From: Patescibacteria group bacterium
GTDB lineage: Bacteria; Patescibacteriota; Minisyncoccia; Phycocordibacterales; Phycocordibacteraceae
DNA: 64,000 nt
Reading direction: 5' to 3'
Assembly: GCA_040388985.1 (NCBI GenBank)
Contig: JAZKAU010000002.1
Span: 119,642 to 183,641 of the forward strand
Within the stretch, counting starts at the first letter, position 1, and each line of letters begins with the position of its first letter. Shown here one piece after another: positions 29,214 through 39,134 of the stretch. Below the pieces are notes generated by a model. It was not told the origin of the DNA. It saw only the letters and a program-made list of their open reading frames with translations, and ran no database searches. A program made the translations under genes and the position numbers.

Positions 29214-29960
29214 ATGGACGTCTCCGAGTCGCTAACGGCCCTGGGCTTGAATGAGAAGCAATCGACTATCTACGTAGCATTACTGCAACTCGGGCGAGGA
29301 AGCGCGTATTCGATCGCCGATAAGGCGGGGATAAAGCGACCGACCGCCTACGTCATTCTAGGAGAACTTATTGAGAAGGGGCTCGTGTCTCGGGTGCCAC
29401 GGGTGCGCAAACAGCTATACGTTGCCGTATCACCGGAACAAGCCTTCGCATCTGCCGAGGAGAGACTGGCCGCGGCCAAGCAAAAACTGCCGGAGCTGCT
29501 AGCGATGACCAAGGGCGCAGATTCGAAAGTGAACGTGCTTTTTTTCGAAGGCGTGAAGGGTATAAAGCAGGTTATGGAATATAAGCGGGAGGAAGATAAA
29601 GGTAAAGAGTTCGTGGGCTTCTACGCTATGACGAAGAACGTGCCCAAAGACCTGCTTGAATATTTTGAAGAATGGAATGAGAAAGTCCGCAAGAGAGGTA
29701 CAACCATGCGCGGTATCGTACCGGATCACTCAACCCTTGCCTTCCATCGCTCGCAGGACAAGCACTTGGGAAGGGACATGAAGATAGTGCCGTATAAGCA
29801 ATTCTCGTCGGAGGTCGCCATAGATATCTCCGAACGCATAGTGCGTATCCACGACTATAAGAATCTCCAAGGCGTTGCCATAGAGAACGCGGACGTAGCG
29901 AAGACGATGCGAGAGATATTCGAGATGTTGTGGAGTCGCATCCCTGAGCGGGAAACATAG
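29214..29960 (+). CDS. TrmB-family winged-helix transcriptional regulator, paralog 2
   Basis: LTALGLNEKQSTIYVALLQLGRGSAYSIADKAGIKRPTAYVILGELIEKGLV HTH; C-terminal REIFEMLW motif; ATG start. Confidence 0.7.
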   Translation: MDVSESLTALGLNEKQSTIYVALLQLGRGSAYSIADKAGIKRPTAYVILGELIEKGLVSRVPRVRKQLYVAVSPEQAFASAEERLAAAKQKLPELLAMTKGADSKVNVLFFEGVKGIKQVMEYKREEDKGKEFVGFYAMTKNVPKDLLEYFEEWNEKVRKRGTTMRGIVPDHSTLAFHRSQDKHLGRDMKIVPYKQFSSEVAIDISERIVRIHDYKNLQGVAIENADVAKTMREIFEMLWSRIPERET

Positions 29961-29997
29961 CCAGACCGAGTCCGAATATGGTATCCTCGCTCTTACA

Positions 29998-30068
29998 GCG
30001 GGATTAGTTTAATGGTAGAACATCAGTTTTCCAAACTGAGAGCAGGAGTCCGATTCTCCTATCCCGCA
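29998..30068 (+). tRNA. tRNA-Trp (anticodon CCA), no encoded CCA
   Basis: Acceptor GCGGGAT/ATCCCGC, anticodon stem CAGTT/AACTG with loop TTCCAAA, T-arm AGGAG-TCCGATT-CTCCT, discriminator A. Confidence 0.8.
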
Positions 30069-30189
30069 CATAACCATAACTCCATCCTCGTCTAATAATG
30101 TTTCTCGATGAGCCAACGAATGTTCGCGGGCTTAAAAGAGCGGAGGAATTTTGTGAACTCCTCCGATGACAGTTTCTTTCGGCAGGATG

Positions 30190-30477
30190 TCAGCCCGCCA
30201 CAGGGATGCCGTGCGCTTCATGCCAACCAGCGTATGTGCACGTGTCGGTTTCCGTGTGTTCCGTCACGTAGCGCCGGTATCGCCTGAACGCCGCCTTGTT
30301 CTTTCCGAAGTCATACATCGCCCCGCAGTCTGCGCACGAATGTGGGACTTCGCCTGCCAGGAACGCATCCAACGTCGCCTTAGGCACGGGCGGTTGCGGC
30401 CGCAGCTCTTTTGGCTGAAGGCACACGGCGCATTTGAAAGGGTTGGATGGGCGTGACAGGGTCATCATCATTTTCAT
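30190..30477 (-). CDS. small hypothetical Zn-ribbon-like protein (CxxC...CxxC)
   Basis: Internal ATG preceded by GGAGAA SD; KCAVCL and SCADCG pairs; the opposite-strand ORF was judged spurious. Confidence 0.4.
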   Translation of the reverse strand: MKMMMTLSRPSNPFKCAVCLQPKELRPQPPVPKATLDAFLAGEVPHSCADCGAMYDFGKNKAAFRRYRRYVTEHTETDTCTYAGWHEAHGIPVAG

Positions 30478-30594
30478 TGCATTCTCCACGGGTTTGGGTT
30501 GTCTCAAGATCAGTCTCGATGAGGCTCCCATTCGTATGCGCGAATCGTTGCCTCAATGAAGGGCAGGAATTACTTCCTGCCAGTCAGCACTTAT

Positions 30595-30891
30595 TCACGC
30601 TTTCGGATCGCGATCCCACGAGGGGTCGCATCCCCAGGATTTGCATACCTCAGCGTGAATCTGGACCACTCTTTCTCGGACCCTTGTCGGAGTGTCGGAG
30701 GGGAAATCCAGCTTGACGATCGTGCCGTTGTTGAAGAGAGGGAGGTCGATTTTTTCACGAAGCGCGGCCTCGATATCCTTTTCCTCGTACCCCGACTCCG
30801 TCTGTGCCTGAGCAAGCAGCTCGAGAAGTTGCTTGAAGGGGCAGCACAGCAGTCGGTGGCGAAGGTCATCGCGCTCTATTTGGGTAAGCAT
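30595..30891 (-). CDS. hypothetical protein
   Basis: Internal ATG (MLTQIERDD...) preceded by GGGGAGA SD; 98 aa; forms a two-gene unit with 30190..30477, divergent from TrmB paralog 3. Confidence 0.4.
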   Translation of the reverse strand: MLTQIERDDLRHRLLCCPFKQLLELLAQAQTESGYEEKDIEAALREKIDLPLFNNGTIVKLDFPSDTPTRVRERVVQIHAEVCKSWGCDPSWDRDPKA

Positions 30892-31023
30892 GCTGGTCTC
30901 CCCGATTGGTTGAAGGTGCTTTACTTCTAGAGTAACTATATTATAATTAATTGGTAATGTCAAAAAGTACTGATGATATAAAAGCGATATAATTGTATTG
31001 ATAAACAATGCTAATATAGATAT

Positions 31024-31791
31024 ATGTCAAAGAAGACTGATGAAGTCGATTCAGAGGAATTGCTTAAAAAATTAGAAGAGATAGGTCTTTCTAAGAAGGA
31101 AGCCCAGGTATATCTGGCCCTTTTGCCACGTCGGGACACGGGAACTTCTAACATCATCCGTGCCACAGGACTCCATGGGCAGTTCGTCTACGATGCTCTG
31201 GAACGTCTTGAGACACTCGGCCTGGCGAAACATGTCATCCAGAAAGGCAGAAAGAAATTTAGTGCGAACACACCCGGCAGACTCATCGCTCTTGTTGATG
31301 AGAAGCGACTAGCCGCACACTCGATTGCGCGAGAACTTCAAAGTCGCTTCCAGGGGGCGCACGAGCAAGATTTCGAAGTGTATCAAGGGCGCGACGCGTT
31401 CGTTGCGCATGAATTTGAGCTTATGCAAGAAATGCCCGAAGGCTGCACAATCGATATTCTTGGTGGGGGTGGTAGTAAATATATGGGGATACTCGCGGAA
31501 GAAATGAATGAGCTGGAGATTCTTCGCAACAAGCGCGGCATCAAGATTCGCTACATAAGCACGGTGAGCCAGGGGGAGTCACTCCGAAAAATGGCAGGGA
31601 ACAGGAAGAACTTTGAGTATCGAATCTTTCCGAACCTTGAAGGCGGCATTATAGACACCGATATCTGGCCCGACAGGCTGATCTTGCAGTTCTATGGCGA
31701 ACCCATCCTCTCATTCTCTATTACGAGTAAGGAGATAGCAACCAGCTATCGCGAATTCTTTAACGCGCTTTGGACTTTGTCGAAACCTTAA
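31024..31791 (+). CDS. TrmB-family winged-helix transcriptional regulator, paralog 3
   Basis: LLKKLEEIGLSKKEAQVYLALLP HTH; C-terminal REFFNALW motif. Confidence 0.7.
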   Translation: MSKKTDEVDSEELLKKLEEIGLSKKEAQVYLALLPRRDTGTSNIIRATGLHGQFVYDALERLETLGLAKHVIQKGRKKFSANTPGRLIALVDEKRLAAHSIARELQSRFQGAHEQDFEVYQGRDAFVAHEFELMQEMPEGCTIDILGGGGSKYMGILAEEMNELEILRNKRGIKIRYISTVSQGESLRKMAGNRKNFEYRIFPNLEGGIIDTDIWPDRLILQFYGEPILSFSITSKEIATSYREFFNALWTLSKP

Positions 31792-31864
31792 AGAGAGAAA
31801 CTGACTTCGGCTCTACCTGCATATTACTGAACAACGCGTACGAGCTGATCTACTAACTTCCACA

Positions 31865-32275
31865 CTAGTTACTAGCCTTTACCAAAGCCAACACCCTTTC
31901 TTTAATCTCCGCCCCGACTTCCTTCTGGACTTCTTCTGAGGCTGAGACAATGTCCGGAATATCAGACCAATTAATAAGTTTTTTGGCTTTTTGTACAAAG
32001 CCAGGTAAAGGGTAGGTGGTAAGTATCACAACAATGTCGGCCTTCGTTACCATTTCTTTCGTAAGCCACTTACGCTTTTGAGAATGCGCATCAATTCCAA
32101 AATGTTCTAGAAGTTCATGTACCATTGCCGGCACCTCCATATCGATACCCTGTATGGAGTTAATGAGATCAACTCCGGCGCTCGAAGCGCTTTCGGTTGT
32201 CGAAAGATGACGGTAGAACGCCTCGGCGATCTGACTTCTGATCGCATTCGCACGACAGATAAAGAGAGTTTTCAT
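31865..32275 (-). CDS. low-molecular-weight protein-tyrosine phosphatase / ArsC-type arsenate reductase family
   Basis: CRANAIRS P-loop (CX5R) at the N-terminus; 136 aa; start immediately after the upstream stop. Confidence 0.8.
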   Translation of the reverse strand: MKTLFICRANAIRSQIAEAFYRHLSTTESASSAGVDLINSIQGIDMEVPAMVHELLEHFGIDAHSQKRKWLTKEMVTKADIVVILTTYPLPGFVQKAKKLINWSDIPDIVSASEEVQKEVGAEIKERVLALVKASN

Positions 32276-32276
32276 A

Positions 32277-33037
32277 TTAATCCGAGATCTTTTTAGTGAA
32301 GAGAAGACCGTTATCTAGCGCTGCAAGATAGTAGCTCTTTACGCGGTGATCAGTTCGAGTCTTGGGTAGATGAGTGCCGCAGACTTTCTGTAGGTAATCT
32401 TCCATCAAGTGGCCGTAGTCGTTAATATTGTCAGCTACGATAAGTCCGTCGACGGACATAAGGGGAATGAGCTGCTCTAGGTACTTGCCGTAATTTTCCT
32501 TATCGGCGTCGAGAAACACAAAATCAATCGGCCCGTATTGCCAGTTCCTCAGTACTGCAGACGCTTCTGCTTCGATCAGATTTATATTTTTAACCCTTGC
32601 TCCCGTAAAGTACTTTCTCGCTAACTTGGCCTTTATGGGAAGAAGTTCAATGGTATGTACGACTCCCCCGGTAATGCTGGCAGCATGAGAGAGATGTAGG
32701 GCTGCGTAGCTAGCAGAAGTACCAATTTCGAGAATCGTCTTAGCGTCGGTGAGAATGACCAGGTTCTCAAGTACCTGGGCACTCTTAGCAGGGACGCTCC
32801 AGAGTTTTATACTTTCTCCCCCGTGCTTACGTCCGTAGGTGTGTGCTGCGTCAGCGTCGGTATACTCCCAAGAGTCTTCAATTAATTCGATATCCTCAAT
32901 GGCCTGGCGCATAGAGCGTGATTTTTCTTCAAAGAGCCTTTCCCCACCTTTGTTTGATACGGATATTCCTAGTCGAGCTAAGACCAGCCTACTGATGACC
33001 TGAGTATCTATATGTTCTAGTGCAGTCAACATGCTCA
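32277..33037 (-). CDS. class I SAM-dependent O-methyltransferase (family 3, caffeoyl-CoA OMT-like)
   Basis: LEIGTSASYAALHLS...VFLDADKENY motifs; the start was moved to the internal ATG directly abutting the upstream stop. Confidence 0.75.
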
Positions 33038-34006
33038 TTACTCGGTTAGGCTCTTGAAGAAAGCCGGGCCTCCACCCCAGATCGGTCCACCAGAACACTG
33101 AACGGCCGCAGCACCTGCTTCCAAGTAGTCAGATACGTCTTGAGTGGTAAGCACGCCCCCACAACCAATGATATCGACCGCAAGGTCGTGAGCCCTTAAG
33201 AATCTTATAGTCTTGAGATTCCCGGCCTTAAGAGCTCGCCCCGAGAGTCCTGCGCTCCTACTGACCGTTCCATCAGCTCTTTTAATCTGGATTTCTGTAC
33301 CGCGGACGACTTGCGGAAGGCCGTTTGAGACGATAACGGCTGAGATAATCTCGGAGTATTCTTTCAATAGTTTTTGCAATTCATCCATAAAGGTCTCGGT
33401 AACAGTAGGGCAGTCACTAAAATCATAAGACGGATACTCAGCACCAAGCTGTGTGAGATCATTACTGGTTAGATACGGGGATAGCTTGAACCAGAGGGGT
33501 TTGGTAACTGACAGTTTCTTGATCTCGATAAATAGCTCCCTCAATGAATGAATTGAGTACGCAAGCGGCGCATGTCCCATAGTCGGACAGCTGCAATTTA
33601 TTTCGATTGCGCCTACTCGTGATACATTCTGATGCGTTGCGATAGCTTTAAGAGAACGAAGATATTCATCCGTGCTATATCCCGCAATGCTGATGACTAT
33701 CGGCTTCGGAGAGTTGGGTGGAAGGTTATCCATTGTATCGATAATGCCCAAATTGCGCATGCCATTAGCATGCAGCCCTCCCTCGGCGAAGAACGTTTGG
33801 TAAGCGCCATGCACTCCCGGCCAATTCAGCACGCCGGCATTCCCCGTACGCTCATTAGGAGTGATAGAACCGATGGTCACTGCTCCTACTACGTCTACGA
33901 TATTAAGATAATCCTTAATATCTGGTGAGAGGGGAGACTTTACTACGCCTCCACCCAGGAAGACAGGGGAGCTAACGCTTAGGCCTCCCACGCGGTATCT
34001 TTTCAT
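33038..34006 (-). CDS. dihydroorotate dehydrogenase-like FMN-dependent oxidoreductase (class 1 DHOD/DHPD family)
   Basis: TIM-barrel DHOD motifs (VGAIEINCSCPTMGH; IIGCGGVLTTQDVSDYLEAGAAAVQ); the ORF N-terminus to 34108 is over-extended, so the start is at MKRYRVGG. Confidence 0.7.
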   Translation of the reverse strand: MKRYRVGGLSVSSPVFLGGGVVKSPLSPDIKDYLNIVDVVGAVTIGSITPNERTGNAGVLNWPGVHGAYQTFFAEGGLHANGMRNLGIIDTMDNLPPNSPKPIVISIAGYSTDEYLRSLKAIATHQNVSRVGAIEINCSCPTMGHAPLAYSIHSLRELFIEIKKLSVTKPLWFKLSPYLTSNDLTQLGAEYPSYDFSDCPTVTETFMDELQKLLKEYSEIISAVIVSNGLPQVVRGTEIQIKRADGTVSRSAGLSGRALKAGNLKTIRFLRAHDLAVDIIGCGGVLTTQDVSDYLEAGAAAVQCSGGPIWGGGPAFFKSLTE

Positions 34007-34111
34007 TGACATAAGTATAATAGATTGCATAAATACATACAAAAATGTATACAGATTATCAAAAAATATGATTTTACTGTTATAATATATAGTATTAATG
34101 TTGTTCAAGTT

Positions 34112-34852
34112 ATGGACAGAAATATAAAGATACTGGAAGAATTTGGACTTTCTGAAGAAGAGGCGCAGGTATATCTGGCTGGCCTCTCCCTTGGGCCCAC
34201 TACTATTCTCAAATTAGCTAAGACGGCTGAGGTCCAGCGGACTTCTGTGTACCGAGTAGTCGAATCGCTGCGCCAACACGGTCTGATGAAAACCGAGCTC
34301 AAGGGCTTGAAGAAGCTTTACGCGGTTGAAAGTCCACATAACCTGAAACGGGTCCTCGAGGAGAAGGTGGAGCAAATGAACGATATCCTTCCCGGATTGC
34401 TATCGATTTATAAGAAGCAAGGTAAGGATACGCTGATTAAATATCACGAGGGGATAGAGAGCGTTAAGAGCGTATACGAATCTCTTTTGCGTGAGAATCG
34501 TAGCGGAGAGCCATATTATGTCATCTCCTCTCATCAAGAATGGTACAAGCTGGATGAAAAATGGTTTGAAGATTTTTCTGAACGTAGAAACCGAGAGCAT
34601 TTCGACTTCAGATTTTTCCTTCTTGATTCTGAACCAGCGCGCTTGCTTAAGGAGCGAGAGGAAGCTCTAGGTATAAAGGTAAAGATATTACCTTCTAGCC
34701 TTGATTTCACTTCGATACTTATCCTGACAAAGGATAAGATTTACATTCATAACTTCGAACCGCCGATCGAAGGCCTGGTGATCGAGAACCAGGACATGAT
34801 CACCATGATGCTGCAGGTATTTAAAATAATGTGGGAAGCAATCCCCGAGTAG
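34112..34852 (+). CDS. TrmB-family winged-helix transcriptional regulator, paralog 4
   Basis: ILEEFGLSEEEAQVYLAGLSLGPTTILKLAKTAEVQRTSVYRVVESLRQHGLM; C-terminal LQVFKIMW; the ORF N-terminal extension was rejected. Confidence 0.7.
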   Translation: MDRNIKILEEFGLSEEEAQVYLAGLSLGPTTILKLAKTAEVQRTSVYRVVESLRQHGLMKTELKGLKKLYAVESPHNLKRVLEEKVEQMNDILPGLLSIYKKQGKDTLIKYHEGIESVKSVYESLLRENRSGEPYYVISSHQEWYKLDEKWFEDFSERRNREHFDFRFFLLDSEPARLLKEREEALGIKVKILPSSLDFTSILILTKDKIYIHNFEPPIEGLVIENQDMITMMLQVFKIMWEAIPE

Positions 34853-34861
34853 CTAAGTCAA

Positions 34862-35581
34862 TCACTTCAAACTCCGCCACTCCTTATCAAATATATCTTC
34901 GTGATATTCGGCGATCATGTCGTTCGCTATAAGCACACCGAACAGATTTTCGAATGAGATAAGTGCCACGTGACCGTTAAAGACGATCATATTGATTGCC
35001 GGCGTGTATCCCTTCTCTAGGAATCGATATCGGTAATTCTCGCTTCCCTTATATTTTCTACGTTTTACTCCCAACTCTGTCCTTTCGATAAGCACCTTCG
35101 CATCAATACCTTTTTCTTTCACTCTTTCGACGAATCTGTCTTCCTTTGCAGCAAAGACTTCCAGATACTTATCTGGAGAGAAGATACTTTTTATATATCC
35201 CGCCTTCTGCACAATTTCCGTGTATAAGTCTTGCAGCCCGTCCTTATCCTGATATAGCGTAATGCTCGGCGTCTGCTTCACCGATGAAAAGACGACGGTT
35301 AGCGCTTCCAAGTTCTTCTCAAATTCAAATGCTGCGCTGTGATACTTCGTTACGAGCGATTTCGGATTTTCTGCCAAATAATACAGTCGTTTCCCGAGTA
35401 CGGTCTTCTTTATATAGTTCTTCTCCAAGAGATTCTCTAGATACGCATACAGCGTCGTCCTGTTTATCCTTGTCGCACTCGATATGCCTGCCAGATTTAG
35501 TCGGCCTCCTCGCAAGATAGCCAGGTATACGCGAGACTCATTCTTTGTCAGGCCCAACTTCTCCAATCCCTGGGTTTCCAT
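34862..35581 (-). CDS. TrmB-family winged-helix transcriptional regulator, paralog 5
   Basis: LEKLGLTKNESRVYLAILRGG...RINRTTLYAYLENLLEKNYI; C-terminal EDIFDKEW. Confidence 0.7.
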   Translation of the reverse strand: METQGLEKLGLTKNESRVYLAILRGGRLNLAGISSATRINRTTLYAYLENLLEKNYIKKTVLGKRLYYLAENPKSLVTKYHSAAFEFEKNLEALTVVFSSVKQTPSITLYQDKDGLQDLYTEIVQKAGYIKSIFSPDKYLEVFAAKEDRFVERVKEKGIDAKVLIERTELGVKRRKYKGSENYRYRFLEKGYTPAINMIVFNGHVALISFENLFGVLIANDMIAEYHEDIFDKEWRSLK

Positions 35582-35771
35582 CCATATACAGTATGCCTAT
35601 ATGAATAAATGTCAAAAATAATGAATCTTTTATCTATATAACTTAATAAGATGGCTCATTACATAGCTAATAAAACAGAATATTTGAATATTTTGTCAAT
35701 AAATAATAAGGTCACCGCAGAAGGGAAGGCAGCCTCTTCAACGACTCGATTCGCTGTTTGGGAGAGAAACG

Positions 35772-36146
35772 ATGGGAAACGTTCGTGATCAAGGAAGAAA
35801 AATTAGGATTCTCGAATCTGCTTACCGTGTGGCAGATGCCTTCGCAAGAGCAATCTTAGTAGCGGTCCTAACGGCTTTGACTGTTGTGATTGGACTTCTA
35901 GGTGCTCAGCTTGGAGCTGTCTGTGGTGCCGTCGCATGTGCACTCGTAGGCGTCCTCTTGGTTGTCACTACTGTGTTCCTTTGCGTGTTAAGTATCGGTG
36001 CACTGGAACCGTTCCCTGATCCTCAACAGCTCGAAGCTATGTGGGCATGGGGGTGGGCTGCAGGAGGCTGGGTTGGGGCGTTCTTGCCTCCAATGATCTT
36101 CTTGTGGACGTTGTTCCTACTTCTCAACCGTGAAGATTACCCGTGA
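35772..36146 (+). CDS. small membrane protein (3 TM), unknown function
   Basis: GGGAGAG SD; hydrophobic helices; 124 aa; followed by a 9-bp hairpin. Confidence 0.45.
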   Translation: MGNVRDQGRKIRILESAYRVADAFARAILVAVLTALTVVIGLLGAQLGAVCGAVACALVGVLLVVTTVFLCVLSIGALEPFPDPQQLEAMWAWGWAAGGWVGAFLPPMIFLWTLFLLLNREDYP

Positions 36147-36278
36147 AAAATAATTAGAATCGGTCGCTCCATCTATGGGGCGACCGATCTACATATCGAG
36201 ACCGATCACTCATGATAAACGAGCAAGCTTAAACGAAAATCTCTCAATAGCAGTTCATTCATAGGGTAGAATATCCAG

Positions 36279-37403
36279 ATGCAACTTCCTCGTTACGAAT
36301 ACAGCCGCAGCAAGATCAAAGAGCGTCTCGACTATCTGATTAGTCTCTCCGCGCCCTATGGGCTCACGGTGCGCTTTGCCGCCAAGGCTAATCCGCATCC
36401 GGAGGTGATTAGCTTGATGCGTGAAGCGGGACTCCACTTTGATGCGAGTTCGAGTTATGAAGCTGCAGAGCTTATGCAGCAAGGCGTGCCAGGCAGCTCG
36501 ATATCCCTCTCGTCGCAGCAATCGCCACATAACCTCCCGGAACTGCTGAAGGAGGGAGTCCTATTCGTGGCGACGTCTCTCAAACAGCTCGGGGTATTCC
36601 TTGCGACCGAGGACCGGCCGAATACGGTAGGCATACGCATTAACCCGAGTACGGGCCACGGACACAATAAGCGCACTACTACCGGGGGAGTGAGCGCCAG
36701 CTTCGGCATCTGGCACGAATACGCGAAGGAGGCGGTGGAGATAGCGCGCGCAGAAGGGGTGTTAGTCGACCGTATACATATTCATGTGGGCTCAGGCGCG
36801 GATCCTGCCGTATGGGGAGGCGTCATGGACCGGTCGCTCGAAGTTATGGAAGAGTTCGAGCACGCGACATCTCTCGACATCGGCGGCGGATTCAAGGTGG
36901 AGCGATACGAGGGAGAACAAGAAGCGGACCTCAAGGCAATCATGGCGGTATTTGCAGAGAAGCTGGTAGCCTTCAAGGAACGGACCGGGCGCGAGCTACT
37001 GCTCGAGATAGAGCCGGGCACGTATGTGATGGCGCACGCAGGTACCTTGGTCGCGCACGTCGACGATATCGTCGACACGGGCAGCGATGGGCACACGTTC
37101 TTGCGGCTCACTACCGGCATGAACGACTTCATGCGAAGCGCTCTCTATGGCGCACGCCATCGTATAGAAGTAATGAATGATGCGCAGACGACGAAAGAGT
37201 ATATCGTCGTAGGTCATAACTGCGAATCGGGAGATATATTCACCCCGGCGCCAGGGAATCCTGAAGAGATCGAAACACGAACACTCAAAGAAGCCGCTAT
37301 CGGAGACGAGGTGCGCATATACGACACCGGCACCTATTGCGCGAGCATGCGAGTGAAGGGATACAACTCATTCCCTGATGCGACAGAGGTGGTGGTCGAT
37401 TGA
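36279..37403 (+). CDS. type III PLP-dependent decarboxylase (diaminopimelate/ornithine decarboxylase family)
   Basis: FAAKANPHPEV (PLP lysine region), HVGSG, and CESGD motif of Orn/DAP/Arg decarboxylase family 2; 374 aa. Confidence 0.75.
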   Translation: MQLPRYEYSRSKIKERLDYLISLSAPYGLTVRFAAKANPHPEVISLMREAGLHFDASSSYEAAELMQQGVPGSSISLSSQQSPHNLPELLKEGVLFVATSLKQLGVFLATEDRPNTVGIRINPSTGHGHNKRTTTGGVSASFGIWHEYAKEAVEIARAEGVLVDRIHIHVGSGADPAVWGGVMDRSLEVMEEFEHATSLDIGGGFKVERYEGEQEADLKAIMAVFAEKLVAFKERTGRELLLEIEPGTYVMAHAGTLVAHVDDIVDTGSDGHTFLRLTTGMNDFMRSALYGARHRIEVMNDAQTTKEYIVVGHNCESGDIFTPAPGNPEEIETRTLKEAAIGDEVRIYDTGTYCASMRVKGYNSFPDATEVVVD

Positions 37404-37429
37404 GAGTAGCGCAGCTCGGGATATAAAAG

Positions 37430-37457
37430 TTCAGGCGGCCGGAAGTGGCCGCCTGAA
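37430..37457. terminator. 11-bp perfect stem hairpin between convergent genes (bidirectional terminator-like)
   Basis: ttcaggcggcc-ggaagt-ggccgcctgaa, preceded by atataaaag. Confidence 0.5.
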
Positions 37458-37476
37458 AGGCAAGTGGGGGGCATGA

Positions 37477-37911
37477 TCACGTCGGACGTTCGACCAGATT
37501 CCCGTCTTCGTCGATGTGCAGCTTTTCGAGTTCGTCCTTGAGTTCGAGAATGTAGGCGTCCGCCATGTCCTCGAACCTCGTGGAAGTGCTCGCGCGCAAT
37601 TTGCGCAGCAGATCCTTGTAGAAGCGAAGCGTGAAGATCAGCGCACCGAAGGTCGCTTCCAGGCAGAAGCTCTCGGATTGCCCGGTGTCGCCAGCGAGTA
37701 CACGTTCCATCTGGGCGATCTCGTGCTCGAGGCCCGTCTCAATGGTCGAGTGCTTGCCAGCTTCGATCTCCAGCTGCAGGAGGCGCAGAGAGTCTTCCCC
37801 GAATTCGATAAGCGCGTCTACTCCGCGCTTCCTAAATCCACACGGTGGCATACAGTTCTCCATATCTGTTGAGCCAAGAACTGACCCGAAACAAATATAA
37901 TATTTTGTCAA
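37477..37911 (-). CDS. hypothetical protein
   Basis: 144-aa ORF, no motif; divergent from the wHTH paralog at 37959. Confidence 0.35.
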   Translation of the reverse strand: MTKYYICFGSVLGSTDMENCMPPCGFRKRGVDALIEFGEDSLRLLQLEIEAGKHSTIETGLEHEIAQMERVLAGDTGQSESFCLEATFGALIFTLRFYKDLLRKLRASTSTRFEDMADAYILELKDELEKLHIDEDGNLVERPT

Positions 37912-37958
37912 TCATCGCAAAAGAAATAAGGCTATTTTAAGTATTTTTTGAATATAAA

Positions 37959-38783
37959 GTGCAAAATGATAGCATCATCTCAATGCTATATAGCGCCCGC
38001 CGGAGCCTTGAAGACCGTGTCACCGAGCTAGTCATGTCAGGACCGACTTCAATCAAGAAACTGCATGCGCAACTGCAAGCGGTAGACTCGCCGCTCAGCT
38101 TACGAGCCGTATATAAGGCGGCCAACCAGCTCGTCGACTCAGGAGTGCTGTTGAAGGCAGGAAAGATACTGCGAATCAACGAAGAATGGGCGCGAGCCAT
38201 CCGGAAACATCTGGCGCCCGTGGTTTCACTCAAGCTCGCAGCAGGGGAGCGGATGACGCATTCCTTTACCTCCATCGCGCATCTCGATGCATTCTGGACA
38301 ACGATAGCATTCCAACTCGAAGAGTTAGAAAAGGACGGTCAGATCTTTTTCTACAATCCGCATAATTTCTGGGCATATATCCCGGAACGAAGAGAACAGG
38401 AGAATGCGTACTATTCTCACTTTACAGACTCGAAATTGCACGCCTTCTTCACTCTCGGTGGCGAATCGGCCGCTGATCTTGAGTTCAAGAGAAGCCATCA
38501 AAATCAATACTTGCAGATAGACACACGAAATATTCCTTCTTTGCCCAGGACTGACCACATTACGATAATGGGTGACTTCATAATCACGGTGCGCATACCG
38601 AAAGTGCTCTCAGCCCGCATCGACGAGCTTTATTCGTCCGGAAACTCCATAAGCGAATTACTGCCCATACTCATAAAGCTATACAGAACAACGTTCTCGA
38701 GCAGGTTCGTTCTGGAACACAATCCAACCAAGGCAAAAAAGCTCAAAAAGATGCTCTCGACCAACTTCTACTTTCCGAGATAG
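37959..38783 (+). CDS. winged-helix protein, paralog family 2 (member B)
   Basis: 274 aa, same length and shared motifs as 11263..12087; GTG start. Confidence 0.5.
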   Translation: MQNDSIISMLYSARRSLEDRVTELVMSGPTSIKKLHAQLQAVDSPLSLRAVYKAANQLVDSGVLLKAGKILRINEEWARAIRKHLAPVVSLKLAAGERMTHSFTSIAHLDAFWTTIAFQLEELEKDGQIFFYNPHNFWAYIPERREQENAYYSHFTDSKLHAFFTLGGESAADLEFKRSHQNQYLQIDTRNIPSLPRTDHITIMGDFIITVRIPKVLSARIDELYSSGNSISELLPILIKLYRTTFSSRFVLEHNPTKAKKLKKMLSTNFYFPR

Positions 38784-39134
38784 GCCGCTCGGCTTCCTGT
38801 GGTACCATAATCAGCACTATGAGCGAAAGATTTGATCGATATCTACCAAGACAAGAGAAACCCCTAGACTCAGGTATTCTTCCGGACGCGATCCCTGACA
38901 TTGAAAGGACCGCTACTCAATTACGAGAGCAAGGGGCGGCCCGCGGGCTCGTTGAGGCAGGTACTCTAGGACCAGATGAAAGGAATGCGCTTGCCGAGGT
39001 ACTTTCTGGCATTCCAGGCCGTAATCTGGGGATTGAGTGATATATCGCCTTACACCCTCGCCAGGCAAAACGAACGAGCGGCCACTTATAGTGGCCGCTC
39101 TTTCGTTTTGCCCTCAGAAGCGTACACTTTTTAC

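Noticed and set aside
38819-39134. 73-aa ORF 38819..39040 and the N-terminal 53 aa of the rarA ORF (38976..39134)
   Set aside because: The rarA N-terminal motif ([12 protein letters not shown]) begins at internal ATG 39135. The upstream extension and the small ORF lack support, although the 73-aa ORF cannot be excluded.
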